Assembly: GCA_030390025.1 (NCBI GenBank)
Contig: JASTWF010000033.1
Location: 1,242,001-1,306,000 of the forward strand
From: Squalus acanthias
Taxonomy: Eukaryota
Length of the DNA stretch: 64,000 nucleotides
Direction of reading: 5' to 3'
The notes beneath the pieces were generated by a model. The model did no database searches and had not been told where the DNA came from. It saw only the letters and a program-made list of their open reading frames with translations. Position 1 is the first letter of the stretch. Each line of letters opens with the position of its first letter. Of this stretch, positions 1 to 11,970 are shown piece after piece. The position numbers and the translations under genes are program-made.

Positions 1-266
1 CTCCTGAGCCTTTTGCCCATCTCGCGGGGTCAGAGCCGCTCTGTCTGTCTCTTACCCGCTTGTGACCATTAACGGGAACAGGCCGCCAGTTCAACGTTCA
101 TCAGCAAACCCAAAAACACAAATAAACGTCTCTCCGCCTCGGTGGCAAAGGTTCAATGGATGTTATTCCAAATAATTCCCCCGTGAGAGTCTGCGTGGAT
201 TGGTTTCATTATAAAGTTTCTATTTGAAATGTGCGAGAAAAGCGTAAAATTATGAAAACATTCTGA

Positions 267-340
267 TGGTCCGTACGGGGATCGAACCCGCGACCTTGGC
301 GTTATTAGCACCACGCTCTCGCCAACTGAGCTAACCGGTC
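267..340 (-). tRNA. TRNAI-AAU: tRNA-Ile(AAT), copy 1; two extra acceptor-stem mismatches (A2, A70), possibly non-functional
   Basis: Reverse complement GACCGGTTAGCTCAGTTGGCGAGAGCGTGGTGCTAATAACGCCAAGGTCGCGGGTTCGATCCCCGTACGGACCA; A/B boxes and downstream TTTT. Confidence 0.8.
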
Positions 341-765
341 ACAAAGCGCACAACGGGTAGCCTCGCACCCAGCCTGGGGGATTGTTTTTCAGTCTCACAC
401 TGGGTGACCGATTTACTGCACAAACATTGAACACACCACATCGCTTAAACATTGTCAACTGTTCCTGTATACATCTGGGCAGAGTGTCAATCGAAAGTTA
501 CAGAGAAAGAGCTCTTTAATCTAACAAAACTCATTCTAAAATTTATTATCGCACCACCGCTGAACAGCCCCCCCCGCCCCTCCAACACTGTCCCGGTAAA
601 AAGAGAGCCGGCGGGACCCCAACTGGATTCGAACCAGCAGCGGGCGGTTGGAGCCGGATCTAACGTAGTTCGGGCCCATTTCTTTGGTAGACGCGAGCTC
701 AGAAGTGGAAAATCTCTCCTGAATCGTTCCTCTTATAGTGAAGGAGACAAAAAGTAACTAAAACC

Positions 766-838
766 TGCCGAAATCCGGGATCGAACCAGGGACCTTTAGA
801 TCTTCAGTCTAACGCTCTCCCAACTGAGCTATTTCGGC
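766..838 (-). tRNA. TRNAF-GAA: tRNA-Phe(GAA), copy 1 (one T-stem mismatch)
   Basis: GCCGAAATAGCTCAGTTGGGAGAGCGTTAGACTGAAGATCTAAAGGTCCCTGGTTCGATCCCGGATTTCGGCA followed by GGTTTT. Confidence 0.88.
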
Positions 839-1716
839 CTCACAGCAAATTCCATCTTGTGTCATTCTTTTGGAGGATTTTCTAACCCCGGGTGGCATTA
901 CTCCTCCGGCTCATTCCTCACTTCGGGCAATGTGACCCGACCAGATCTCGGAGCTCAGGTTGTGTTCATGTAAAGCTGGGTTTTGGATAAAGATACAAAG
1001 CTGACACAGCCGGGGGGACCTCACCGTGTTGGACACAGCGTGGAATGAACCAATACAGTTACAGAACACAACACATGTGTAAAATTCAATGTTCTTTTCT
1101 CCGCACTGATGGGTTGTGAAGGGAGAGACGGGCCGAAGTCTCACTGAGCCGCACTGAGACAAGCTGAAATGATGTCAAGTTCAATCTTCAGCCGCAGGTA
1201 TGGTGCTCCCACACAGAACTGAAAATGCCCAGGCTGCATCCCGGCCTGTGGTCTCTTCGTTCCTCACTCAGTGGGCAATACAGGAAGGGCTCAGGCCTAA
1301 TGAATATCTTCATGCTCAGGTTAAGTTATCACTGCCCAGGCACTCTCTGATTCCAGTCTTGCACACGTTGCTAAGTTTCGAATGCTGCATTTTTCACACT
1401 GGCAACGAATTGATTGATAGCCGTGCCTGTAATAAGCTAAGTTTGTTAGGGAGATGCAGTGGGCAAGAAGATACACGGAAGACTGATAATAACCGTGACT
1501 GTCCTGACACTGTGAACTGCAGTTAAATGTTGGCAACATTTCAATGTCAATCGGCAAGTCTAAAAGTCGACATTTCCTGCTGCCTTTGAAACAGCATGCA
1601 TTTCACAGAAATCAAGGCAGTGTATTTTGCATAACTGTTGCGTTAGATCAGGGGCGAGCATCGTTTCGCGAATGTGCGTTGAATGGTGGCATTTCAAACA
1701 GCCCCAAAACGCACTG

Positions 1717-1780
1717 TTCCCTGACCGGGAATCGAACCCGGGCCGCGGCGGTGAGTGCGCCGCATCCTAACCACCAGGGA
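1717..1780 (-). pseudogene. tRNA-Glu(CTC) pseudogene (8-bp D-arm/A-box deletion, U33A)
   Basis: ctaaccaccaggga versus ctaaccactagaccaccaggga in other copies; gtgagtgcg versus gtgagagcg. Confidence 0.88.
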
Positions 1781-2296
1781 AGCTACAGCAAGCTCCCTGC
1801 CAGAAAGCACAGCAAGGCAGTCTTTCCTGCGTGCTCCTTTGAAATTCAGATGCTTTCGCGCCAGGCAAACTGTTCGTACAAAATGACATTTTTTAGTTGA
1901 GAACACAAAAGACGTGTTCGCGAAACCACGGCAGCAAGTGCTGATAGGCATGCACTTGAAATCGATTTCCTTCTGTGCTCTGGATGTTGCCTCTACTCGG
2001 GGCCGGGCCTACATTTCATTGATGCATTTACTCCTGAGCCTTTTGCCCATCTCGCGGGGTCAGAGCCGCTCTGTCTGTCTCTTACCCGCTTGTGACCATT
2101 AACGGGAACAGGCCGCCAGTTCAACGTTCATCAGCAAACCCAAAAACACAAATAAACGTCTCTCCGCCTCGGTGGCAAAGGTTCAATGGATGTTATTCCA
2201 AATAATTCCCCCGTGAGAGTCTGCGTGGATTGGTTTCATTATAAAGTTTCTATTTGAAATGTGCGAGAAAAGCGTAAAATTATGAAAACATTCTGA

Positions 2297-2370
2297 TGGT
2301 CCGTACGGGGATCGAACCCGCGACGTTGGCGTTATTAGCACCACGCTCTCGCCAACTGAGCTAACCGGCC
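2297..2370 (-). tRNA. TRNAI-AAU: tRNA-Ile(AAT) (A70 and variable-loop variants)
   Basis: Cloverleaf, AAT anticodon, A/B boxes, TTTT terminator. Confidence 0.87.
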
Positions 2371-2624
2371 ACAAAGCGCACAACGGGTAGGCTCGCACCC
2401 AGCCTGGGGGATTGTTTTTCAGTCTCACACTGGGTGACCGATTTACTGCACAAACATTGAACACACCACATCGCTGAAACATTGTCAACTGTTCCTGTAT
2501 ACATCTGGGCAGAGTGTCAATCGAAAGTTACAGAGAAAGAGCTCTTTAATCTAACAAAACTCATTCTAAAATTTATTATCGCACCACCGCTGAACAGCCC
2601 CCCACCCTCCAACACTGTCCAGGT

Positions 2625-2705
2625 AAAAAGAGAGCCGGCGGGACCCCGACTGGATTCGAACCAGGAGCGGGCGGTTGGAGCCGGATCTAACGTGGTTCGG
2701 GCCCA
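2625..2705. other. Conserved B-box hairpin / tRNA-like element (representative copy; one per array unit, between the Ile and Phe genes)
   Basis: Minus strand: T-arm CTGG-TTCGAAT-CCAG, then CGGGGTCCC, a short trailer and TTTTT. Plus strand: second motif GGTTCGGGCCC in inverted orientation. No canonical A box or anticodon arm. Confidence 0.5.
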
Positions 2706-2792
2706 TTTCTTTGGTCGACGCGAGCTCAGAAGTGGAAAATCTCTCCTGAATCGTTCCTCTTATAGTGAAGGAGACAAAAAGTAACTAAAACC

Positions 2793-2865
2793 TGCCGAAA
2801 CCCGGGATCGAACCAGGGACCTTTAGATCTTCAGTCTAACGCTCTCCCAACTGAGCTATTTCGGC
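2793..2865 (-). tRNA. TRNAF-GAA: tRNA-Phe(GAA)
   Basis: Matches the canonical vertebrate tRNA-Phe(GAA) sequence as recalled; TTTT terminator. Confidence 0.96.
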
Positions 2866-3762
2866 CTCACAGCAAATTCCATCTTGTGTCATTCTTTTGG
2901 AGGATTTTCTAACCCCGGGTGGCATTACTCCTCCGGCTCATTCCTCACTTCGGGCAATGTGACCCGACCAGATCTCGGAGCTCAGGTTGTGTTCATGTAA
3001 AGCTGGGTTTTGGATAAAGATACAAAGCTGACACAGCCGGGGGGACCTCACCGTGTTGGACAAAGCGTGGAATGAACCAATACAGTTACAGAACACAACA
3101 CATGTGTAAAATTCAATGTTCTTTTCTCCGCACTGATGGGTTGTGAAGGGAGAGACGGGCGAAGTCTCACTGAGCCGCACTGATCACGAGACAAGCTGAA
3201 ATGATGTCAAGTTCAATCTTCAGCCGCAGGTATGGTGCTCCCACACAGAACTGAAAATGCCCAGGCTGCATCCCGGCCTGTGGTCTCTTCGTTCCTCACT
3301 CAGTGGGCAATACAGGAAGGGCTCAGGCCTAATGAATATCTTCATGCTCAGGTTAAGTTATCACTGCCCAGGCACTCTCTGATTCCAGTCTTGCACACGT
3401 TGCTAAGTTTCGAATGCTGCATTTTTCAGACTGGCAACGAATTGATTGATAGCCGTGCCTGTAATAAGCTAAGTTTGTTAGGGAGATGCAGTGGGCAAGA
3501 AGATACACGGAAGACTGATAATAACCGTGACTGTCCTGACACTGTGAACTGCAGTTAAATGTTGGCAACATTTCAATGTCAATCGGCAAGTCTAAAAGTC
3601 GACAGAAAGGGCTAATCATTTCCTGCTGCCTTTGAAACAGCATGCATTTCACAGAAATCAAGGCAGTGTATTTTGCATAACTGTTGCGTTAGATCAGGGG
3701 CGAGCATCGTTTCGCGAATGTGCGTTGAATGGTGGCATTTCAAACAGCCCCAAAACGCACTG

Positions 3763-3834
3763 TTCCCTGACCGGGAATCGAACCCGGGCCGCGGCAGTGA
3801 GAGCGCCGCATCCTAACCACTAGACCACCAGGGA
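3763..3834 (-). tRNA. TRNAE-CUC: tRNA-Glu(CTC) (G31:U39 wobble variant)
   Basis: TCCCTGGTGGTCTAGTGGTTAGGATGCGGCGCTCTCACTGCCGCGGCCCGGGTTCGATTCCCGGTCAGGGAA. Confidence 0.92.
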
Positions 3835-4349
3835 AGCTACAGCAAGCTCCTGCCAGAAAGCACAGCAAGGCAGTCTTTCCTGCGTGCTCCTTTGAAATTC
3901 AGATGCTTTCGCGCCAGGCAAACTGTTCGTACAAAATGACATTTTTTAGTTGAGAACACAAAAGACGTGTTCGCGAAACCACGGCAGCAAGTGCTGATAG
4001 GCATGCACTTGAAATCGATTTCCTTCTGTGCTCTGGATGTTGCCTCTACTCGGGGCCGGGCCTACATTTCATTGATGCATTTACTCCTGAGCCTTTTGCC
4101 CATCTCGCGGGGTCAGAGCCGCTCTGTCTGTCTCTTACCCGCTTGTGACCATTAACGGGAACAGGCCGCCAGTTCAACGTTCATCAGCAAACCCAAAAAC
4201 ACAAATAAACGTCTCTCCGCCTCGGTGGCAAAGGTTCAATGGATGTTATTCCAAATAATTCCCCCGTGAGAGTCTGCGTGGATTGGTTTCATTATAAAGT
4301 TTCTATTTGAAATGTGCGAGAAAAGCGTAAAATTATGAAAACATTCTGA

Positions 4350-4423
4350 TGGTCCGTACGGGGATCGAACCCGCGACCTTGGCGTTATTAGCACCACGCT
4401 CTCGCCAACTGAGCTAACCGGCC
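4350..4423 (-). tRNA. TRNAI-AAU: tRNA-Ile(AAT) (A70 variant)
   Basis: Array copy; cloverleaf with AAT anticodon. Confidence 0.9.
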
Positions 4424-4845
4424 ACAAAGCGCACAACGGATAGGCTCGCACCCAGCCTGGGGGATTGTTTTTCAGTCTCACACTGGGTGACCGATTTACT
4501 GCACAAACATTGAACACACCACATCGCTGAAACATTGTCAACTGTTCCTGTATACATCTGGGCAGAGTGTCAATCGAAAGTTACAGAGAAAGAGCTCTTT
4601 AATCTAACAAAACTCATTCTAAAATTTATTATCGCACCACCGCTGAACAGCCCCCCACCCTCCAACACTGTCCAGGTAAAAAGAGAGCCGGCGGGACCCC
4701 GACTGGATTCGAACCAGGAGCGGGCGGTTGGAGCCGGATCTAACGTGGTTCGGGCCCATTTCTTTGGTCGACGCGAGCTCAGAAGTGGAAAATCTCTCCT
4801 GAATCGTTCCTCTTATAGTGAAGGAGACAAAAAGTAACTAAAACC

Positions 4846-4918
4846 TGCCGAAACCCGGGATCGAACCAGGGACCTTTAGATCTTCAGTCTAACGCTCTCC
4901 CAACTGAGCTATTTCGGC
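4846..4918 (-). tRNA. TRNAF-GAA: tRNA-Phe(GAA)
   Basis: Array copy, canonical sequence. Confidence 0.96.
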
Positions 4919-5813
4919 CTCACAGCAAATTCCATCTTGTGTCATTCTTTTGGAGGATTTTCTAACCCCGGGTGGCATTACTCCTCCGGCTCATTCCTCA
5001 CTTCGGGCAATGTGACCCGACCAGATCTCGGAGCTCAGGTTGTGTTCATGTAAAGCTGGGTTTTGGATAAAGATACAAAGCTGACACAGCCGGGGGGACC
5101 TCACCGTGTTGGACAAAGCGTGGAATGAACCAATACAGTTACAGAACACAACACATGTGTAAAATTCAATGTTCTTTTCTCCGCACTGATGGGTTGTGAA
5201 GGGAGAGACGGGCCGAAGTCTCACTGAGCCGCACTGATCACGAGACAAGCTGAAATGATGTCAAGTTCAATCTTCAGCCGCAGGTATGGTGCTCCCACAC
5301 AGAACTGAAAATGCCCAGGCTGCATCCCGGCCTGTGGTCTCTTCGTTCCTCACTCAGTGGGCAATACAGGAAGGGCTCAGGCCTAATGAATATCTTCATG
5401 CTCAGGTTAAGTTATCACTGCCCAGGCACTCTCTGATTCCAGTCTTGCACACGTTGCTAAGTTTCGAATGCTGCATTTTTCACACTGGCAACGAATTGAT
5501 TGATAGCCGTGCCTGTAATAAGCTAAGTTTGTTAGGGAGATGCAGTGGGCAAGAAGATACACGGAACACTGATAATAACCGTCACTGTCCTGACACTGTC
5601 CTGACACTGTGAACTGCAGTTAAATGTTGGCAACATTTCAATGTCAATCGGCAAGTCTAAAAGTCGACATTTCCTGCTGCCTTTGAAACAGCATGCATTT
5701 CACAGAAATCAAGGCAGTGTATTTTGCATAACTGTTGCGTTAGATCAGGGGCGAGCATCGTTTCGCGAATGTGCGTTGAATGGTGGCATTTCAAACAGCC
5801 CCAAAACGCACTG

Positions 5814-5885
5814 TTCCCTGACCGGGAATCGAACCCGGGCCGCGGCGGTGAGAGCGCCGCATCCTAACCACTAGACCACCAGGGA
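5814..5885 (-). tRNA. TRNAE-CUC: tRNA-Glu(CTC)
   Basis: Array copy, intact cloverleaf. Confidence 0.95.
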
Positions 5886-6400
5886 AGCTACAGCAAGCTC
5901 CCTGCCAGAAAGCACAGCAAGGCAGTCTTTCCTGCGTGCTCCTTTGAAATTCAGATGCTTTCGCGCCAGGCAAACTGTTCGTACAAAATGACATTTTTTA
6001 GTTGAGAACACAAAAGACGTGTTCGCGAAACCACGGCAGCAACTGCTGATAGGCATGCACTTGAAATCGATTTGCTTCTGTGCTCTGGATGTTGCCTCTC
6101 TCGGGGCCGGGCCTACATTTCATTGAAGCATTCACTCCTGAGCCTTTTGCCCATCTCGCGGGGTCAGAGCCGCTCTGTCTGTCTCTTACCCGCTTGTGAC
6201 CATTAACGGGAACAGGCCGCCAGTTCAACGTTCATCAGCTAACCCAAAAACACAAATAAACGTCTCTCCGCCTCGGTGGCAAAGGTTCAATGGATGTTAT
6301 TCCAAATAATTCCCCCGTGAGAGTCTGCGTGGATTGGTTTCATTATAAAGTTTCTATTTGAAATGTGCGAGAAAAGCGTAAAATTATGAAAACATTCTGA

Positions 6401-6474
6401 TGGTCCGTACGGGGATCGAACCCGCGACCTTGGCGTTATTAGCATCACGCTCTCGCTAACTGAGCTAACCGGCC
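6401..6474 (-). tRNA. TRNAI-AAU: tRNA-Ile(AAT), damaged copy (G18A, anticodon-stem mismatch, A70); probable pseudogene
   Basis: agcatcacgctctcgctaac versus consensus agcaccacgctctcgccaac. Confidence 0.7.
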
Positions 6475-6896
6475 GCAAAGCGCACAACGGATAGGCTCGC
6501 ACCCAGCCTGGGGGATTGTTTTTCAGTCTCACACTGGGTGACCGATTTACTGCACAAACATTGAACACACCACATCGCTTAAACATTGTCAACTGTTCCT
6601 GTATACATCTGGGCAGAGTGTCAATCGAAAGTTACAGAGAAAGAGCTCTTTAATCTAACAAAACTCATTCTAAAATTTATTATCGCACCACCGCTGAACA
6701 GCCCCCCACCCTCCAACACTGTCCAGGTAAAAAGAGAGCCGGCGGGACCCCGACTGGATTCGAACCAGCAGCGGGCGGTTGGAGCCGGATCTAACGTGGT
6801 TCGGGCCCATTTCTTTGGTCGACGCGAGCTCAGAAGTGGAAAATCTCTCCTGAATCGTTCCTCTTATAGTGAAGGAGACAAAAAGTAACTAAAACC

Positions 6897-6969
6897 TGCC
6901 GAAACCCGGGATCGAACCAGGGACCTTTAGATCTTCAGTCTAACGCTCTCCCAACTGAGCTATTTCGGC
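6897..6969 (-). tRNA. TRNAF-GAA: tRNA-Phe(GAA)
   Basis: Array copy, canonical sequence. Confidence 0.96.
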
Positions 6970-7860
6970 CTCACAGCAAATTCCATCTTGTGTCATTCTT
7001 TTGGAGGATTTTCTAACCCCGGGTGGCATTACTCCTCCGGCTCATTCCTCACTTCGGGCAATGTGACCCGACCAGATCTCGGAGCTCAGGTTGTGTTCAT
7101 GTAAAGCTGGGTTTTGGATAAAGATACAAAGCTGACACAGCCGGGGGGACCTCACCGTGTTGGACAAAGCGTGGAATGAACCAATACAGTTACAGAACAC
7201 AACACATGTGTAAAATTCAATGTTCTTTTCTCCGCACTGATGGGTTGTGAAGGGAGAGACGGGCCGAAGTCTCACTGAGCCGCACTGATCACGAGACAAG
7301 CTGAAATGATGTCAAGTTCAATCTTCAGCCGCAGGTATGGTGCTCCCACACAGAACTGAAAATGCCCAGGCTGCATCCCGGCCTGTGGTCTCTTCGTTCC
7401 TCACTCAGTGGGCAATACAGGAAGGGCTCAGGCCTAATGAATATCTTCATGCTCAGGTTAAGTTATCACTGCCCAGGCACTCTCTGATTCCAGTCTTGCA
7501 CACGTTGCTAAGTTTCGAATGCTGCATTTTTCACACTGGCAACGAATTGATTGATAGCCGTGCCTGTAATAAGCTAAGTTTGTTAGGGAGATGCAGTGGG
7601 CAAGAAGATACACGGAAGACTGATAATAACCGTCTGTCTGACCTGTCCTGACACTGTGAACTGCAGTTAAATGTTGGCAACATTTCAATGTCAATCGGCA
7701 AGTCTAAAAGTCGACATTTCCTGCTGCCTTTGAAACAGCATGCATTTCACAGAAATCAAGGCAGTGTATTTTGCATAACTGTTGCGTTAGATCAGGGGCG
7801 AGCATCGTTTCGCGAATGTGCGTTGAATGGTGGCATTTCAAACAGCCCCAAAACGCACTG

Positions 7861-7932
7861 TTCCCTGACCGGGAATCGAACCCGGGCCGCGGCGGTGAGA
7901 GCGCCGCATCCTAACCACTAGACCACCAGGGA
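7861..7932 (-). tRNA. TRNAE-CUC: tRNA-Glu(CTC)
   Basis: Array copy, intact cloverleaf. Confidence 0.95.
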
Positions 7933-8447
7933 AGCTACAGCAAGCTCCCTGCCAGAAAGCACAGCAAGGCAGTCTTTCCTGCGTGCTCCTTTGAAATTCA
8001 GATGCTTTCGCGCCAGGCAAACTGTTCGTACAAAATGACATTTTTTAGTTGAGAACACAAAAGACGTGTTCGCGAAACCACGGCAGCAAGTGCTGATAGG
8101 CATGCACTTGAAATCGATTTCCTTCTGTGCTCTGGATGTTGCCTCTCTCGGGGCCGGGCCTACATTTCATTGATGCATTTACTCCTGAGCCTTTTGCCCA
8201 TCTCGCGGGGTCAGAGCCGCTCTGTCTGTCTCTTACCCGCTTGTGACCATTAACGGGAACAGGCCGCCAGTTCAACGTTCATCAGCAAACCCAAAAACAC
8301 AAATAAACGTCTCTCCGCCTCGGTGGCAAAGGTTCAATGGATGTTATTCCAAATAATTCCCCCGTGAGAGTCTGCGTGGATTGGTTTCATTATAAAGTTT
8401 CTATTTGAAATGTGCGAGAAAAGCGTAAAATTATGAAAACATTCTGA

Positions 8448-8521
8448 TGGCCCGTACGGGGATCGAACCCGCGACCTTGGCGTTATTAGCACCACGCTCT
8501 CGCCAACTGAGCTAACCGGCC
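8448..8521 (-). tRNA. TRNAI-AAU: tRNA-Ile(AAT)
   Basis: GGCCGGTTAGCTCAGTTGGCGAGAGCGTGGTGCTAATAACGCCAAGGTCGCGGGTTCGATCCCCGTACGGGCCA. Confidence 0.95.
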
Positions 8522-8943
8522 ACAAAGCGCACAACGGATAGGCTCGCACCCAGCCTGGGGGATTGTTTTTCAGTCTCACACTGGGTGACCGATTTACTGC
8601 ACAAACATTGAACACACCACATCGCTTAAACATTGTCAACTGTTCCTGTATACATCTGGGCAGAGTGTCAATCGAAAGTTACAGAGAAAGAGCTCTTTAA
8701 TCTAACAAAACTCATTCTAAAATTTATTATCGCACCACCGCTGAACAGCCCCCCACCCTCCAACACTGTCCAGGTAAAAAGAGAGCCGGCGGGACCCCGA
8801 CTGGATTCGAACCAGCAGCGGGCGGTTGGAGCCGGATCTAACGTGGTTCGGGCCCATTTCTTTGGTCGACGCGAGCTCAGAAGTGGAAAATCTCTCCTGA
8901 ATCGTTCCTCTTATAGTGAAGGAGACAAAAAGTAACTAAAACC

Positions 8944-9016
8944 TGCCGAAACCCGGGATCGAACCAGGGACCTTTAGATCTTCAGTCTAACGCTCTCCCA
9001 ACTGAGCTATTTCGGC
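8944..9016 (-). tRNA. TRNAF-GAA: tRNA-Phe(GAA)
   Basis: Array copy, canonical sequence. Confidence 0.96.
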
Positions 9017-9914
9017 CTCACAGCAAATTCCATCTTGTGTCATTCTTTTGGAGGATTTTCTAACCCCGGGTGGCATTACTCCTCCGGCTCATTCCTCACT
9101 TCGGGCAATGTGACCCGACCAGATCTCGGAGCTCAGGTTGTGTTCATGTAAAGCTGGGTTTTGGATAAAGATACAAAGCTGACACAGCCGGGGGGACCTC
9201 ACCGTGTTGGACAAAGCGTGGAATGAACCAATACAGTTACAGAACACAACACATGTGTAAAATTCAATGTTCTTTTCTCCGCACTGATGGGTTGTGAAGG
9301 GAGAGACGGGCCGAAGTCTCACTGAGCCGCACTGATCACGAGACAAGCTGAAATGATGTCAAGTTCAATCTTCAGCCGCAGGTATGGTGCTCCCACACAG
9401 AACTGAAAATGCCCAGGCTGCATCCCGGCCTGTGGTCTCTTCGTTCCTCACTCAGTGGGCAATACAGGAAGGGCTCAGGCCTAATGAATATCTTCATGCT
9501 CAGGTTAAGTTATCACTGCCCAGGCACTCTCTGATTCCAGTCTTGCACACGTTGCTAAGTTTCGAATGCTGCATTTTTCAGACTGGCAACGAATTGATTG
9601 ATAGCCGTGCCTGTAATAAGCTAAGTTTGTTAGGGAGATGCAGTGGGCAAGAAGATACACGGAAGACTGATAATAACCGTGACTGTCCTGACACTGTGAA
9701 CTGCAGTTAAATGTTGGCAACATTTCAATGTCAATCGGCAAGTCTAAAAGTCGACAGAAAGGGCTAATCATTTCCTGCTGCCTTTGAAACAGCATGCATT
9801 TCACAGAAATCAAGGCAGTGTATTTTGCATAACTGTTGCGTTAGATCAGGGGCGAGCATCGTTTCGCGAATGTGCGTTGAATGGTGGCATTTCAAACAGC
9901 CCCAAAACGCACTG

Positions 9915-9986
9915 TTCCCTGACCGGGAATCGAACCCGGGCCGCGGCGGTGAGAGCGCCGCATCCTAACCACTAGACCACCAGGGA
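9915..9986 (-). tRNA. TRNAE-CUC: tRNA-Glu(CTC)
   Basis: Array copy, intact cloverleaf. Confidence 0.95.
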
Positions 9987-10502
9987 AGCTACAGCAAGCT
10001 CCCTGCCAGAAAGCACAGCAAGGCAGTCTTTCCTGCGTGCTCCTTTGAAATTCAGATGCTTTCGCGCCAGGCAAACTGTTCGTACAAAATGACATTTTTT
10101 AGTTGAGAACACAAAAGACGTGTTCGCGAAACCACGGCAGCAAGTGCTGATAGGCATGCACTTGAAATCGATTTCCTTCTGTGCTCTGGATGTTGCCTCT
10201 ACTCGGGGCCGGGCCTACATTTCATTGATGCATTTACTCCTGAGCCTTTTGCCCATCTCGCGGGGTCAGAGCCGCTCTGTCTGTCTCTTACCCGCTTGTG
10301 ACCATTAACGGGAACAGGCCGCCAGTTCAACGTTCATCAGCAAACCCAAAAACACAAATAAACGTCTCTCCGCCTCGGTGGCAAAGGTTCAATGGATGTT
10401 ATTCCAAATAATTCCCCCGTGAGAGTCTGCGTGGATTGGTTTCATTATAAAGTTTCTATTTGAAATGTGCGAGAAAAGCGTAAAATTATGAAAACATTCT
10501 GA

Positions 10503-10576
10503 TGGCCCGTACGGGGATCGAACCCGCGACCTTGGCGTTATTAGCACCACGCTCTCGCCAACTGAGCTAACCGGCC
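10503..10576 (-). tRNA. TRNAI-AAU: tRNA-Ile(AAT)
   Basis: Array copy, intact cloverleaf. Confidence 0.95.
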
Positions 10577-10998
10577 ACAAAGCGCACAACGGATAGGCTC
10601 GCACCCAGCCTGGGGGATTGTTTTTCAGTCTCACACTGGGTGACCGATTTACTGCACAAACATTGAACACACCACATCGCTGAAACATTGTCAACTGTTC
10701 CTGTATACATCTGGGCAGAGTGTCAATCGAAAGTTACAGAGAAAGAGCTCTTTAATCTAACAAAACTCATTCTAAAATTTATTATCGCACCACCGCTGAA
10801 CAGCCCCCCGCCCTCCAACACTGTCCCGGTAAAAAGAGAGCCGGCGGGACCCCGACTGGATTCGAACCAGCAGCGGGCGGTTGGAGCCGGATCTAACGTA
10901 GTTCGGGCTCATTTCTTTGGTAGACGCCAGCTCAGAAGTGGAAAATCTCTCCTGAATCGTTCCTCTTATAGTGAAGGAGACAAAAAGTAACTAAAACC

Positions 10999-11071
10999 TG
11001 CCGAAACCCGGGATCGAACCAGGGACCTTTAGATCTTCAGTCTAACGCTCTCCCAACTGAGCTATTTCGGC
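10999..11071 (-). tRNA. TRNAF-GAA: tRNA-Phe(GAA)
   Basis: Array copy, canonical sequence. Confidence 0.96.
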
Positions 11072-11970
11072 CTCACAGCAAATTCCATCTTGTGTCATTC
11101 TTTTGGAGGATTTTCTAACCCCGGGTGGCATTACTCCTCCGGCTCATTCCTCACTTCGGGCAATGTGACCCGACCAGATCTCGGAGCTCAGGTTGTGTTC
11201 ATGTAAAGCTGGGTTTTGGATAAAGATACAAAGCTGACACAGCCGGGGGGACCTCACCGTGTTGGACAAAGCGTGGAATGAACCAATACAGTTACAGAAC
11301 ACAACACATGTGTAAAATTCAATGTTCTTTTCTCCGCACTGATGGGTTGTGAAGGGAGAGACGGGCCGAAGTCTCACTGAGCCGCACTGATCACGAGACA
11401 AGCTGAAATGATGTCAAGTTCAATCTTCAGCCGCAGGTATGGTGCTCCCACACAGAACTGAAAATGCCCAGGCTGCATCCCGGCCTGTGGTCTCTTCGTT
11501 CCTCACTCAGTGGGCAATACAGGAAGGGCTCAGGCCTAATGAATATCTTCATGCTCAGGTTAAGTTATCACTGCCCAGGCACTCTCTGATTCCAGTCTTG
11601 CACACGTTGCTAAGTTTCGAATGCTGCATTTTTCAGCACTGGCAACGAATTGATTGATAGCCGTGCCTGTAATAAGCTAAGTTTGTTAGGGAGATGCAGT
11701 GGGCAAGAAGATACACGGAAGACTGATAATAACCGTGACTGTCCTGACACTGTGAACTGCAGTTAAATGTTGGCAACATTTCAATGTCAATCGGCAAGTC
11801 TAAAAGTCGACAGAAAGGGCTAATCATTTCCTGCTGCCTTTGAAACAGCATGCATTTCACAGAAATCAAGGCAGTGTATTTTGCATAACTGTTGCGTTAG
11901 ATCAGGGGCGAGCATCGTTTCGCGAATGTGCGTTGAATGGTGGCATTTCAAACAGCCCCAAAACGCACTG

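Noticed and set aside
2625..2750. Vault RNA, tRNA-Sec or MALAT1-type triple helix/mascRNA identity for the fourth element
   Set aside because: No vault-type 5' A box or 5'/3' terminal stem, no Sec long variable arm or TCA anticodon, and no clear paired U-rich motifs with a matching A-rich tract upstream. Left as unassigned.
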